A program made the position numbers and the translations under genes. A stretch of 64,000 nucleotides of DNA from Parasitella parasitica NRRL 2501 (lineage: Eukaryota > Fungi > Mucoromycota), in NCBI GenBank assembly GCA_025201805.1, contig MU619266.1, positions 124,001 through 188,000 on the forward strand, in the 5' to 3' direction. The notes below the pieces were generated by a model, which was not told where the DNA came from, did not search any database, and saw only the letters and a program-made list of their open reading frames with translations. Every line of letters begins with the position of its first letter. Within the stretch, counting starts at the first letter, position 1. This document shows positions 46,995-58,568 of the stretch, in pieces.

Positions 46995-48849
46995 CTAGTC
47001 AAGAGATAACCGACCTCTTCTGGTATTGCGAGAAATTTGCAACAACAAAACGATGCCTAACGCCAAGCAGAAGAAACCAAACGAGTCGCCGATATATCCA
47101 TACAAGGTAGCAGCCCGTTTCTGCAGAGGCAAAGAGAACAGATAACGCTCAGCATTGATAGAGGCGACTTTTTGGTTGAAAATGCCATTCAAAGTAGGTT
47201 CGTAAATACCAGATTCACCTTGAGATACGCATCTGAATAAAGTAAATCCATTTTCAACCGCACGGAGCGTATTGGTTTGTTGATGATATGTGCCAATTGG
47301 ACCCCATGTCCAGCTTGGCTGAAGCATCAAGTCGACATTAAGTGAGCTTGCTTGGGATATGAACTGTGGGAAATTATAATCGAAGCATATAGCTCCACTA
47401 ACTCTGCCAAACTCATCAGTATCTACATATTGAAGTACTGGGGGACCAGGAGGTTGTGTTTCCTTGAGTAAACGATGGTGGGTAAAAAAAATTTTTTTCT
47501 CGACAAACCGTAACTTTTAAGCAAGTTCACTTACTATACCGGGAACTGGGTGAGCTTTCTTATAGTCAATGGCAATCTCTCCTTCTTTTGTAATAAAGAC
47601 AAACTTGTTTTGGCCAACCGGATCAACAGCAGCATAAGTAACACCCAAGTAAACCTTATGGGTAGATGCAAACATTTTGGCTCTCTGGAGGAATTCGAAT
47701 TCTTCGTCCATGTCGTTGACAGAAGCTGTCAACTCTGACCAAATGATAAGCTTGGCTCCAGCCTGTAAATTAGAGCATGTCAGTAATTGTTGTGGTTGTG
47801 GAGCATGCAAGTATTCAAACCTCAGCTAAAGAAGCAGTATGGTTAAACCAAATGTCGTGTTGCGCTTGTAAACCAGGAAATTCGCTTCCAGGGCCTACAA
47901 CACAACCAACTTGCTCAGTCTTTGGGACGTATTGAGGATAAGTACTTTGGTAGAAAGACCCAGAGTGAATATTCACACGAGCGCCGCCATAAGTGAGAGC
48001 AAGTGCAATAATACCACTGAAAACAGTAACTGGGTGCGTCAAAAGAGAGCGGTATTGTTTCTTGTGTGGTGGGCGAGTATGTTGATTGCTATTTTCCTCA
48101 TCATCATTACCAGCAGTAGCAGATATAGAAGAATTTTGCAACAATTCATCATTGGCGGACAAACATTGCAGTGGTAAGCTACCAATCTCCAAGATAGATG
48201 TTCCAAATAAAGCCACCAAAAAGTCGAGTAAAGATCTACCGCCCAGTTCAGCAATCTGAGCAAAATCAGGCCATGTAACTAAGGCAGTTGTCATGGAAGG
48301 ATAATCACCAACGGCGCCATATCTGACAAGCAATGTCCACAATCCAGTCCAAATACAGGGCAAAAGCAGTACACGGGTTTTGATGCAGTGTTGGCGACTC
48401 AAAACATACTTTTCAGCAAACAAAGCAATGAGCAGAAATAGGTGGATGACAAGGGATAGCACTTTTTTTTAAGGAAATGGGTCAGTATATTTTGCGTATC
48501 AAGATACCACAGGCAACAAACATTCACATACAAATCGTTATCCAAGCACCAGGAAAACGCGGACCATCACTAACCATTCGAAAATTTCCCAGAAAGGATA
48601 ATCCCATGCAAATGCTGCTTATGATATACACAATGAGTATATGATTAGTTGGCTGATGTCGAGTATAAAGCAAAGCAATGGGGAAGTAAAACCATGAGAA
48701 AAGCGGAATAGCTTGATATCCAAAGCCGAAAATTCTACAAGACAAAGAGTAAGATATATGCTCGGTTTAATCTGAGCGTATTACATTATTAATATGAAGG
48801 GCATCAACAGCCAATGCTCGTTGATTTTTGCTTTTATCAACTCTTTCAT
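46995..48849 (-). CDS. Apolipoprotein N-acyltransferase (Lnt)-like membrane protein of the nitrilase/CN-hydrolase superfamily, 5 exons
   Basis: Multi-TM N-terminus, then LIIWSE (Glu), YKKAHPVP (Lys), GAICFDYNFP (Cys at 47387-47385), LRAVENG...GESGIY and TLYGYIGD before a final TM segment. Confidence 0.82.
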
Positions 48850-49701
48850 TTTTGCCGGTTTGAATGAAACAAAAAAAAGCAAAGCAAGAAAAGCAAGGAG
48901 TTTAAATAGGTTTCAGCATTAACTGTTGAATGCAAAAAATGGAATTCAGGTACGCGAATAGATTATTATATGAAAGGTGTATTTTTTCCCTCGATTGGAG
49001 TCATCAAGATGATATATTTTGTTCAAAAAAAAATATACAAGCATCGCATTCATTATGAGAGCTACTGCTTCTTACAGGACAGAAGGCACTAGATGGACAA
49101 ATTGCATAAATAAAAATCAATACATACCATTTAGTGTTCTGTTACCTATTCAAGGATTTTAGAAACTTTTTAGGATGTTTATTGGTATCTAAACAAACAT
49201 TGTCTATTTGATATTATAAAATTCTCAACACTTGTCACTGTGGGTCATATAATATAACGCATTGACTTCGTTTTGCCATTACCATTCCTTGTTTTGTGCA
49301 AGGATCCCGTTGCTTGCATGCCGTATTGTCCCTCAAACCACATTGAATGCTACACTTCAATAACTACTGGTTATTTACTCATTGTTTTACTGGTAGCGCA
49401 AACGCATCAGTTAGGAATGTCAAACTAATGGTGCTGACCAGATTAACAAATGATGATGGCACAAATACCCTTGATTTAAATAGAGGTGGGAGGGGGGGGG
49501 CGGAATTATCCAGATTTGACATGGTTTTTTATGCATTGAAGCAGACATTGTGTTATGCCATTTATCTGCGGGTTTTATTTGAATAAAGAATGGCGACAAA
49601 AAGTATTATTCATCATTGCGAATAGAACTTCTTTTGGAGAGTGTTTAGTTAAACTGTCGTTTAAGTAAAAGTGAAGATATTACATTTTTTTTTATAGTTA
49701 T

Positions 49702-50721
49702 TTACAATTTTTCAATGTTACCCAAGTCTCTGCAGGCTTGTTGAACTCTCTTGGACATGCTCTTTTCGGACTCACGAATAAAGACGCGAGGATCATAGTA
49801 CTTCTTGTTAGGCTTATTATCGCCTTCAGGGTTACCAACTTGAGATTGGAGATATAACTTCTTGCTTTCATAGTAGTTTCTGAGGCCGTCCCAATAAGCC
49901 CATTGGGTGTCAGTATCAACGTTCATCTTGACAACGCCATTTTTGACAGCTTCTAAAATCTCGGCTTCAGTAGAGCCGGATCCACCATGGAAGACAAAGA
50001 AAACAGGCTTCTTTTCCTCAGAGTTGAGTTTTTCAGCGACGAATTCCTGATGCTTGCCCAAGAGTTCAGGATGGAGCTTAACATTACCAGGAGCATAGAC
50101 ACCGTGGACGTTACCGAAGCCAGCAGCGATGGAAAACAAGTTGGTAACTTTGCTAAAGGCCTCATGGATATCCCAAATATCTTCGGGTTGGGTGTAAAGA
50201 GCAGCATTGTCGACACCAGAATTGTCAACACCATCTTCCTCGCCACCAGTGATACCGATTTCCATCTCGAGCCAGCAGTCGATAGCAGCCATGCGTTTGA
50301 GATACTTGAGACAAATCTCGATGTTCTCTTCCTTGGTTTCTTCAGAAAGATCCAACATGTGAGACGAGAAGAGGGGTTCGCCATGAGCCTTAAAGTACTC
50401 CTCGTCAGCAGCAAGCATGCCGTCGAACCAAGGCAAGAGTTTCTTGGCACAATGGTCAGAGTGGATAATGACGGGAATACCATAGGCTTTAGCAACAGTA
50501 CGAACGTACTAGTAGTGGTTAAAAGGTTAGGCACATTGTGGTCGAGACCCTCATATTATTTCAATTTTACCTGGGCACCAGCAACGGCACCGATGATGGA
50601 AGCTTCTTGGTTCTTGTTTTCTAAACCCTTACCAGCAAAGTAGGCTGCACCGCCTTGAGAGAATTGAATGATAACAGGAGACTTGATATCACGAGCAGCT
50701 TCAAGAGTAGCATTGACGGTA
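49702..50721 (-). CDS. FBA1: Class II fructose-bisphosphate aldolase; 5' exon(s) lost in the N gap
   Basis: HSDHCAKKLLPWFDGML, SSHMLDLSEE, EMEIGITGGEEDG, FGNVHGVY, VFHGGSGS, KMNVDTDTQWA, PNKKYYDPR. Confidence 0.96.
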
Positions 50722-50727
50722 CTATAA

Positions 50728-51227
50728 NNNNNNNNNNNNNNNNNNNNNNNNNNNNNNNNNNNNNNNNNNNNNNNNNNNNNNNNNNNNNNNNNNNNNNNNN
50801 NNNNNNNNNNNNNNNNNNNNNNNNNNNNNNNNNNNNNNNNNNNNNNNNNNNNNNNNNNNNNNNNNNNNNNNNNNNNNNNNNNNNNNNNNNNNNNNNNNNN
50901 NNNNNNNNNNNNNNNNNNNNNNNNNNNNNNNNNNNNNNNNNNNNNNNNNNNNNNNNNNNNNNNNNNNNNNNNNNNNNNNNNNNNNNNNNNNNNNNNNNNN
51001 NNNNNNNNNNNNNNNNNNNNNNNNNNNNNNNNNNNNNNNNNNNNNNNNNNNNNNNNNNNNNNNNNNNNNNNNNNNNNNNNNNNNNNNNNNNNNNNNNNNN
51101 NNNNNNNNNNNNNNNNNNNNNNNNNNNNNNNNNNNNNNNNNNNNNNNNNNNNNNNNNNNNNNNNNNNNNNNNNNNNNNNNNNNNNNNNNNNNNNNNNNNN
51201 NNNNNNNNNNNNNNNNNNNNNNNNNNN
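50728..51227. other. Assembly gap (500 N). Smaller gaps at 6312-6326, 22014-22048 and 31695-31759
   Basis: N runs; the three small gaps abut homopolymer tracts. Confidence 0.99.
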
Positions 51228-51976
51228 ATGATGTAAACGTTACCATGCTTTGGCCTTCCGATGTAGGTATAAACTGCACTACTTTGAGCTGTTGAGCTAT
51301 TGGCATATCCTGGGAAAATACAACAGCAAAAGGTGACACACAAAAAGAGACGCTCAAGTGATCCGGGGATGCCCGTTTTTTGCTTATTAAAGTTGTATTG
51401 CATTACAGGAAGAACGCGTAAAAGAGAATCTCCCCTTTCATTCGGTAGACACCTCATTATGCTCAATCTCAAGGGTTATCTCCATCTCTACATTTCGGGT
51501 TATTATAACAATGTCGATTTACTATGATACACATCAATGCCATAGCTTGAAGGCCATTTCAATCCAGACTCGTGAATAGTAAAGGGTTTATGCATTTTAA
51601 ACAGGATACGCCGGGAAACAAGGAACTTTTCCAAGGGGTTGCATGGAAGCTTTAGTAAGCTTGTAAATACCACATACTGTCTCAATTTAAAACTGTGGAT
51701 CACCAGTAAGACAACAAGAGTGTTTATTATTGAGCAAGTAAATCTTCGCTTTAATATACGTGGACAGAATAAATGTAATTCCAAAGGTTTCGATGAAGAA
51801 ACTGCCCATACCTGATTGAAAGCGTTTGTATGCAAGTGCATCACATCTAAGTAACATTCACCAAATATTCAAAACTCCCATCCATTAAAAAGCACTGAAA
51901 AATAATAATTATATGATACTATTAAGATGATGATAAAATGGGCTAGATGCTGTATAGTAAAAAGGAAAAGCGATAC

Positions 51977-52349
51977 TTATTTATCTGCACAAATATACAA
52001 AACTATTCATTTCCAAATTAGTTTTGTGTCTAGACTAAGATTCTCTTGAGCTGTTAAAATATTACCATTATTTCCTCTAATAAACGTATCTCCATACGTA
52101 TTCTTCAATCTTCCTTCAACATACTCTTCTGTGTTTTCTAGAGCAATATTCATGTAACCATCTAAACAGGCCAAAGTGCCTACAGTTGCATTACACGTAA
52201 AAAAAAAAAGTCAAATTACGCAATCAGTGAGCCATCTACACTGTCTCACCTTTGTAATCTATACCCGAGTTCAATCTGACCTTGACAGTTTGACCTAATA
52301 CAGTACCCAAAAAATCGGTGGGTGTCTTTGAGCTCGACTGACTCTCCAT
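51977..52349 (-). CDS. LSM6: U6 snRNA-associated Sm-like protein Lsm6, 3 exons
   Basis: Hand-spliced: MESQSSSKTPTDFLGTVLGQTVKVRLNSGIDYKGTLACLDGYMNIALENTEEYVEGRLKNTYGDTFIRGNNVLYICADK. Not in the ORF track. Confidence 0.93.
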
Positions 52350-53026
52350 GGTAATAGTGATTGTAACAACAAGTTTTGAGCAAAGAGTAGAATCAAAAAG
52401 CTTTTCTCAAGGTGTGCCAAGTAGTCACCTTTCCCAAAGATCTCCATTATCCATCTTGCACATTCCGATTGGTTGAAACTTTCGTGTCAAGCACATTCAC
52501 TCTTCAAGTCTAGTAATTTAAACTTTGATCTGGACAGGGAAACAACCATCGCAAGTATAAAGTGTATCAAGAGTAATCTTGTGCTGTTGATTTGAGTGTA
52601 TAAACAATGTCGGGGCTATTTTAAAACGAATAACTGAAATTGTGTCATTGCAAAATCGACAGCTGGGATTCCAATGGTTTTGTCGAATCAGTACATGCTG
52701 CTTTTATTCGGATATAACAGAAATGGATATTTCCCAAGAGAGACGTCTGGTAATATTGATTTTTATAACAAAACATTGTATCTTGATCTGAGCTTCTAAT
52801 TTGCTATTTGATCATGAAGATATACTTGTATTTTTTGGTTCCAAAATTGGATTTAAAATTCTGATGGGGTGATAAAAATTGAGTATCATACGATATACAA
52901 TAAATTAATAAGTTAAAAGGAAGAAAAGATGATGTCTATAAAGAAACATAAAGTGGTCTACGGAATGAAGTGGAAAAGATAAAAAAAAAAAAAGAGTGCG
53001 AGTTTCAAAAGGGACATTGTTGCTAC

Positions 53027-53821
53027 TTAAAGAAGCAAATAAGCAGCAATACCGGCAGCAGCGGCAACGAAGGTACCACCTACGCGGACATTCTCAGCAC
53101 CACTGACAGAACTGGCAATAGCAGAAGACGCAGATGCAGCAGCGCTGCTGGCCTTGGAGGCAATGGATGAGGTTCTGGCACCAACAGCAGAGCTTACAAG
53201 GCCACTGGATGAGGCCTGAGCAGCAGCAAAATCAGCAAGACCAGAAGCTTCAGCAGCTTCAACATCGACGCCGTCAACAGAAGCTAAAGAGTTGGCATGG
53301 AGATCCTCATCGTCATCATCATCACCACCCTTTCCATGCTTCTTCCATTTGTACTTGCCACCCTCCTCATCATCATCATCGTCATCATCATGTTTACCAT
53401 GGCTGTCTTCATCATCTTCATCATCATGTTTGCCATGGCTGTCTTCATGCTCGCCTTCATCTTTGTCTTCATGCTTGTGCTTGTTGGACTTCCAGTGAGG
53501 CTTACCCTATACAGTTTTTTAATTGTTTATGTTGAAAAATTGGCATTTCGACTTACGGTAGGTCTAGCATTCCAAGACTTTGTGAGTGTAACTGTCTTTA
53601 CAACAACAACGGGAGGTCTAGTTTCAACTTGAATGCCGGGACCAGAAAGATCAGGCTTGTCATGATGGCCCTTACCTCCTTCTCCCTTATGCTCATAAGC
53701 AGCTAAAAACAATTTAATGTTGGGATATATACATTCAGATTTATCGCATATTACGCATCTACTTACAAGCGGCAGTTGTAGCCAAAGCAGCAGTGATAGC
53801 GAGAACAGCGAACGACTTCAT
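53027..53821 (-). CDS. Secreted, probably GPI-anchored His/Asp-rich cell-surface protein. Exons 53821-53767, 53702-53557, 53506-53027
   Basis: Signal peptide MKSFAVLAITAALATTAASA, an H/D/E/K-rich core, an S/A-rich stalk and a C-terminal SGAENVRVGGTFVAAAAGIAAYLLL typical of a GPI signal. Confidence 0.82.
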
Positions 53822-54274
53822 TGGTTGTATTATATGAAGAAGAAAAAAAAGAAAAGTGGTATGAAGGTGATTGTTTAGATCAGAGTAATAAAAACAGCAA
53901 GAGTTTTGCATTGCATTGCCTTTATATAATTCTTTGGATATTTTCCCGACATTTCAAGCAAAGCTAGTCTTAAAAGTAATATCGGAAGAATTGAGCATGC
54001 TGTTGATCTATTGCTACAGTTACAAACATTTTTACAAATAAGCTTAATTTCCGTTTTTGTTGGTAGCAGTTAGACTTTTCATGCTAGGCAACCTCATTAG
54101 CAATATCTCCGGCACTAGTTGGACGTTGTGTGCTGAGTGATGCTGCTGCTGCTGCTGCTGTCGGGAATTTGAAACTCATTAGCAGCAGCTTTCTGTATAC
54201 CTAGACTTGCTTTGCAACACGCAACCACTTTTTTTTTTTTTACCTTCCTTGTCCAAGAAGAAAAAACGAACGCT

Positions 54275-54973
54275 ATGGGACTCATGCCTCCAGTTTCCAA
54301 TAGCCCGACGATACAGAGCAATTATGACACCTTGATGAAAGATGCTCAAAACCTGATTACTCGTAAAACCAACTTGGAACAAGAGTTGAAAGAATTGGAG
54401 ATCGTCTTGACCAGTGCTGGTGTTGGTATGGATACACCGTTAATCGATAACGAAGGATTTCCTCGATCAGAACTTGATATACAGACCATAAGAACTAGCC
54501 GTAGTATGATTCATCGTTTAAGAAATGATCATCGCGAGATTATGCTTGAAATTGAGAAAATCTTGCATCGAATTCATCAATTGAAGAAAGCAAATGGCGA
54601 GGCTACCGCCGATGCACCGTCATCTTCAACGTCCAACCCCCCAAATAATACTGCTAACACTGCTGCTACCACTTTGACAGAACCTACGACTGTTGGCGGA
54701 CCTATCGCTTACGCCGTAGTGAATGCTATTGCGCCTGATTCACCTGCTTATGGAGCGGGACTACGTAGAAATGATCGTATTACACAATTTGGACACATCA
54801 ACTCCACTAACCATGACCGTCTGCAAGCCATTAATAGGTTGATTATCGACAAGGAAGAGCAACAGATACCTGTTACTATCTTGAGAGATGAAATTCATCT
54901 TCAAATAGTCGTTACTCCAAGATCAGGATGGGGAGGACGAGGAACTTTAGGCTGTCATCTTTTACCGTTATAA
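54275..54973 (+). CDS. NAS2: 26S proteasome assembly chaperone Nas2/PSMD9 (Nas2_N + PDZ), intronless
   Basis: GVGMDTPLIDNEGFPRSELDI...RLRNDH, then PDZ (VNAIAPDSPAYGAGLRRNDRI) and PRSGWGGRGTLGCHLLPL. Confidence 0.93.
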   Translation: MGLMPPVSNSPTIQSNYDTLMKDAQNLITRKTNLEQELKELEIVLTSAGVGMDTPLIDNEGFPRSELDIQTIRTSRSMIHRLRNDHREIMLEIEKILHRIHQLKKANGEATADAPSSSTSNPPNNTANTAATTLTEPTTVGGPIAYAVVNAIAPDSPAYGAGLRRNDRITQFGHINSTNHDRLQAINRLIIDKEEQQIPVTILRDEIHLQIVVTPRSGWGGRGTLGCHLLPL

Positions 54974-57307
54974 ACGAACGAATACGCAAGTGAATAAATT
55001 AAACCCTGTATTATTATCATGATGTACATAATTGATTCCTTGTGAATTCCTTGCAGATTGACTTTTTGTGCGTATGTTTGTTTGTTTTGCTAATAAAAAT
55101 CTGGGCATAACGTTTCATTAATCGGTATTTGTAGTACATGGTGAATGATGGATATTTTACAATTGTAACTGCATTCAAGACCCCATTTAGGGTTTTTTTT
55201 TTTTTTTTTTACGAGTATTGATGTTGCAACTGCTTTCTAATTTCACTTCTTCAACGGAAATGACTTCAAGATTTCAGTACTATAGTTGACATGGCGAAAG
55301 CATCAACGAGCCTAATTCTTTTTCATATTATTTCACATGTATGTCTCGGCAACATTGAAATTTTATTTATCGCAGTTGTGATTCATAGTCTGTGATCTTG
55401 ACTGCAAAACTGAGCAATGAATCATTTCAGTTGAAGTATATGGACGTATTTGAAATTCCAAAACTGAAGCATTATATATGATATAGGCTGCTTGAAAGCA
55501 GCCTGACCAAAACAATCAAACGATGGAACAACACTACAGTTTATCTATCAATTAGGAGATAAGATATACCATTAGAACCAACCCACCACTATTGAGGAAA
55601 AGATGAACGCTTTTTCAGAACTCTTTAGCTAGTTATATTATATATGATTTCACGGTAGACATTGAGATAAATGTAAATGATAATTAAGCTATGTACGAAC
55701 TGTCGACGGCAAGACAGATTCGTATTAAGAATAAATGCTATAGTCAACCATCTTTATCTTCATCGACATCGACATTCAACCTTTTTTATTGCTTCCCATC
55801 ATCACACTACACCATGATAGAATATTTCCTTATTTTCAAATTGAGTATTTTAATGCTGGCCATACAAAATCTTAAAAAAGCATATTGATTTTCTCAATTT
55901 TCCCAATTTTCATTGCTGAATAGCTCAAAAAAGTAAAAAGTAAAAAGTATATTTCATATGCATACGAAGTATTTCAAAAACTACTTGAGCAGCTTTTTAT
56001 ATTGGCAATTTGAAAAATCGACTTTTGAGATACATTTCTAACAAAATAACCACAAATTAACCATTTATAAAGCTAATCAATTGATTAATTACATCAAAAG
56101 CTACACACAAATATTTTATTCACAACTGCAGCTAAGTATTCCTGCCAAAAAAAATCCATTTTAAGCCAAATTTTGGCCCTAGGGTCAAAAGCATAAAATA
56201 TAAATCACTTTTCTCGGCCAAAACGCACCATTCTATAGGTATTTAGTAGCTCTATATGTGTATGGTAAACATGTATAAACCCAATACTTTGCTCCTTTGG
56301 AGTTCATGAAAAAAAAAGTCTGCTCTCTGCCCAAAACATTTGAAAAAACAAAGTGGTTTGTAGACTTTTTTAGAAACTTAAATACGTTTTACTTGTGCTT
56401 GCCGTAGAATCATGCGTTATAAAATCGGCAAAATCTTATGTTGGCGATATCTCGACAACAAAGATAGATATATAAAAAAAAATGTAGCGTGGATTAACAT
56501 TTAAAGTAACAAAGATAGGATATATCTTTGTTTGGCTCCAAATCCATACTTAAAATGATCCTGAAGGTCATCCCAGAGTTGAAATCTGAAAATCCAATGT
56601 GAGATTTGGGATCCAGAAAGTGTATGTCGTAAATAATGATCAAAGATCAATGAAACTTATAAATGCTGTAAAGTAGAGCAAAAAAGGTAGGATTTAGCAT
56701 CCATCACTTGATATTCTGTAAAGGCATTAGACATTTGATAGTATACATTTAAGCGGGGAAAAAGGCGATGGTTTAGTTTGTGTGGCATTTGTTTCGGTCA
56801 AAAATAAATCTATATACGAATGGCTTTCAAGGCCATATTTTACAGTATCTCAGCTATCGATTCATGTTAAGAAGAGATAATCAAGTTGCTTATGGGGCTC
56901 GTGTTTTTCCCTTCTATTGAAAAGTGGTACACACAGGCAATTATTCCGATATTTTGTACCTATAGAAGGACTATTCTTTTTTGAATCATTTAAAGATTAT
57001 CAGAAAAAGAGAAAAGAGGGAAGTAGCTACTCATATAAAATCTAGCATTAAATGAGTAAAGGAAAATATGCAGCATGAGCTATATAGTTAACTTTATCAT
57101 ATACAAGAAAAATGCTCTTGTTTTTGTAAAAAAGTCAAATGTTATTCTCTGCTTCTAGACCACCCAACCAAAATAGCCTGTATAAATATGTTACTACGTC
57201 GCCTAATCTAGAATATTGTGTAAATTATCATATCCATACAGATATTACTCTCCATTCCAAGGCTCCTTTTATTTTGTTTGAAATTTCTTAAATGCGATGG
57301 GATTTTG

Positions 57308-57330
57308 TATATATATATATATATATATAT
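57308..57330. repeat. (TA)n microsatellite
   Basis: About 11 TA units read directly. Confidence 0.9.
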
Positions 57331-58229
57331 GTACAATGTACATTACAAGATTGATTTGAAAGTTATGACTGAAAATGCACATATATACAATAATAATACA
57401 TGCCAGTCGTTTTTATAAGCCATCTCTCCTCCACAAAGATGGAGCATGAATGTGCGTCGTGAAAAGGTAGACATATCTCATTTATCTGATAATGCGTATG
57501 CGTATATAATTTATAAAAACATTGCCAAGGTAAAGATTATTGCTTTGGAGGTAAATCTGATAGTGCAAATTTGAGGCAGAGAAAGCTTCTCGATAAGAGT
57601 CTTATCAGCAACGTGTACCTAAACCGCTTTTGTCTGAAGATCATTTTTAAAGTTCGTTCGGGCCCTTCACACTGCGCTACCCTCAATCAAATATACTTTA
57701 TATATTTATTGAGGGCTTCTTTTAGGTACATAATTAGGTAGTATATACAGAATGGTATATGTTTAGGATTTTTAAGAACAAGTCTGGTCTAAGCATAGCA
57801 AAAGCACGGCTTTGAAGAGGAACAGACCATTTGCCCGCGGCAACATAACCAAATTGATCGACTGCAAACAGAATCTAGAATTTCATCTTTCCATCTTTAA
57901 AACCCTCGAAAAAAGCTAGCCATTGTGTGTAACGAAAACCGACAAAGTTTATATTACATAGACTCGAGTCCCCTCCCCCCCCCTCTCCGTCTCATTGATG
58001 GAGCGTGGGGTTAGTCGTACTTTGTGCGCATATCTTTTCTATTTCAGTGATCCCCCGAATGTGATTTTCAAACTGTCAAAATAAGAGCGGAGATGGAGTT
58101 ATTATTAGTTTTTAAGTGGGACCCCATTTGGCTGGGATGAATTACAAAACGATTTTAACAGCATCATTTATTAGACAATGATATTGGGTATATATATTTG
58201 AATGAATGGGATGGAATAGAAGGCAGAGA

Positions 58230-58568
58230 TTACTTGGTTGATTTACGAGAATGTTGGATGGTTGTCAAAAAGCGTTTTAATTTTGACTTCTTGGGTTTTG
58301 ATGAGCCCTGGAGGGAGTAGATAGTAGAAAACGAGTCTGAGTGGATTAACGGAGGGTCGTTACTCTTGACGCTGGTTTGTGATTTCGATTTATAATTACA
58401 TTGGTTTGTGGAAACTGAGGATAGCAATGACACTTGAGCATCCAGTGTTTCTGAGGACGACGAGAAGAATGATTCGGATGTGGATGATGCTAATGGTGAG
58501 CTCGGCTCAGATTGCGAAAATTGCCAATGCTCGTTGATTTCGAAATGTTCTGTAAAACGCGAAGTCAT
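58230..58568 (-). CDS. Small Ser-rich hypothetical protein (112 aa) with a basic C-terminus
   Basis: MTSRFTEHFEINEHWQF...SSKPKKSKLKRFLTT. Composition is coding-like within an AT-rich region; no family recognised. Confidence 0.55.
   Translation of the reverse strand: MTSRFTEHFEINEHWQFSQSEPSSPLASSTSESFFSSSSETLDAQVSLLSSVSTNQCNYKSKSQTSVKSNDPPLIHSDSFSTIYSLQGSSKPKKSKLKRFLTTIQHSRKSTK

Noticed and set aside
49702-49713. Aldolase C-terminus EKL as a cryptic peroxisomal signal
   Set aside because: Glu at -3 is not a PTS1 consensus residue, and the TAA stop lacks a readthrough context.
49953-50643. Long alternative-frame and antisense ORFs over FBA1
   Set aside because: Expected by-product of strong codon bias in a highly expressed gene.
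50621-51472. ORFs spanning the 500-N gap
   Set aside because: Artefacts of translating N.
53134-53632. Met-rich, His-rich and hydrophobic ORFs in the track
   Set aside because: Wrong-frame or antisense readings of the GAT/CAT-rich exon of the GPI protein.
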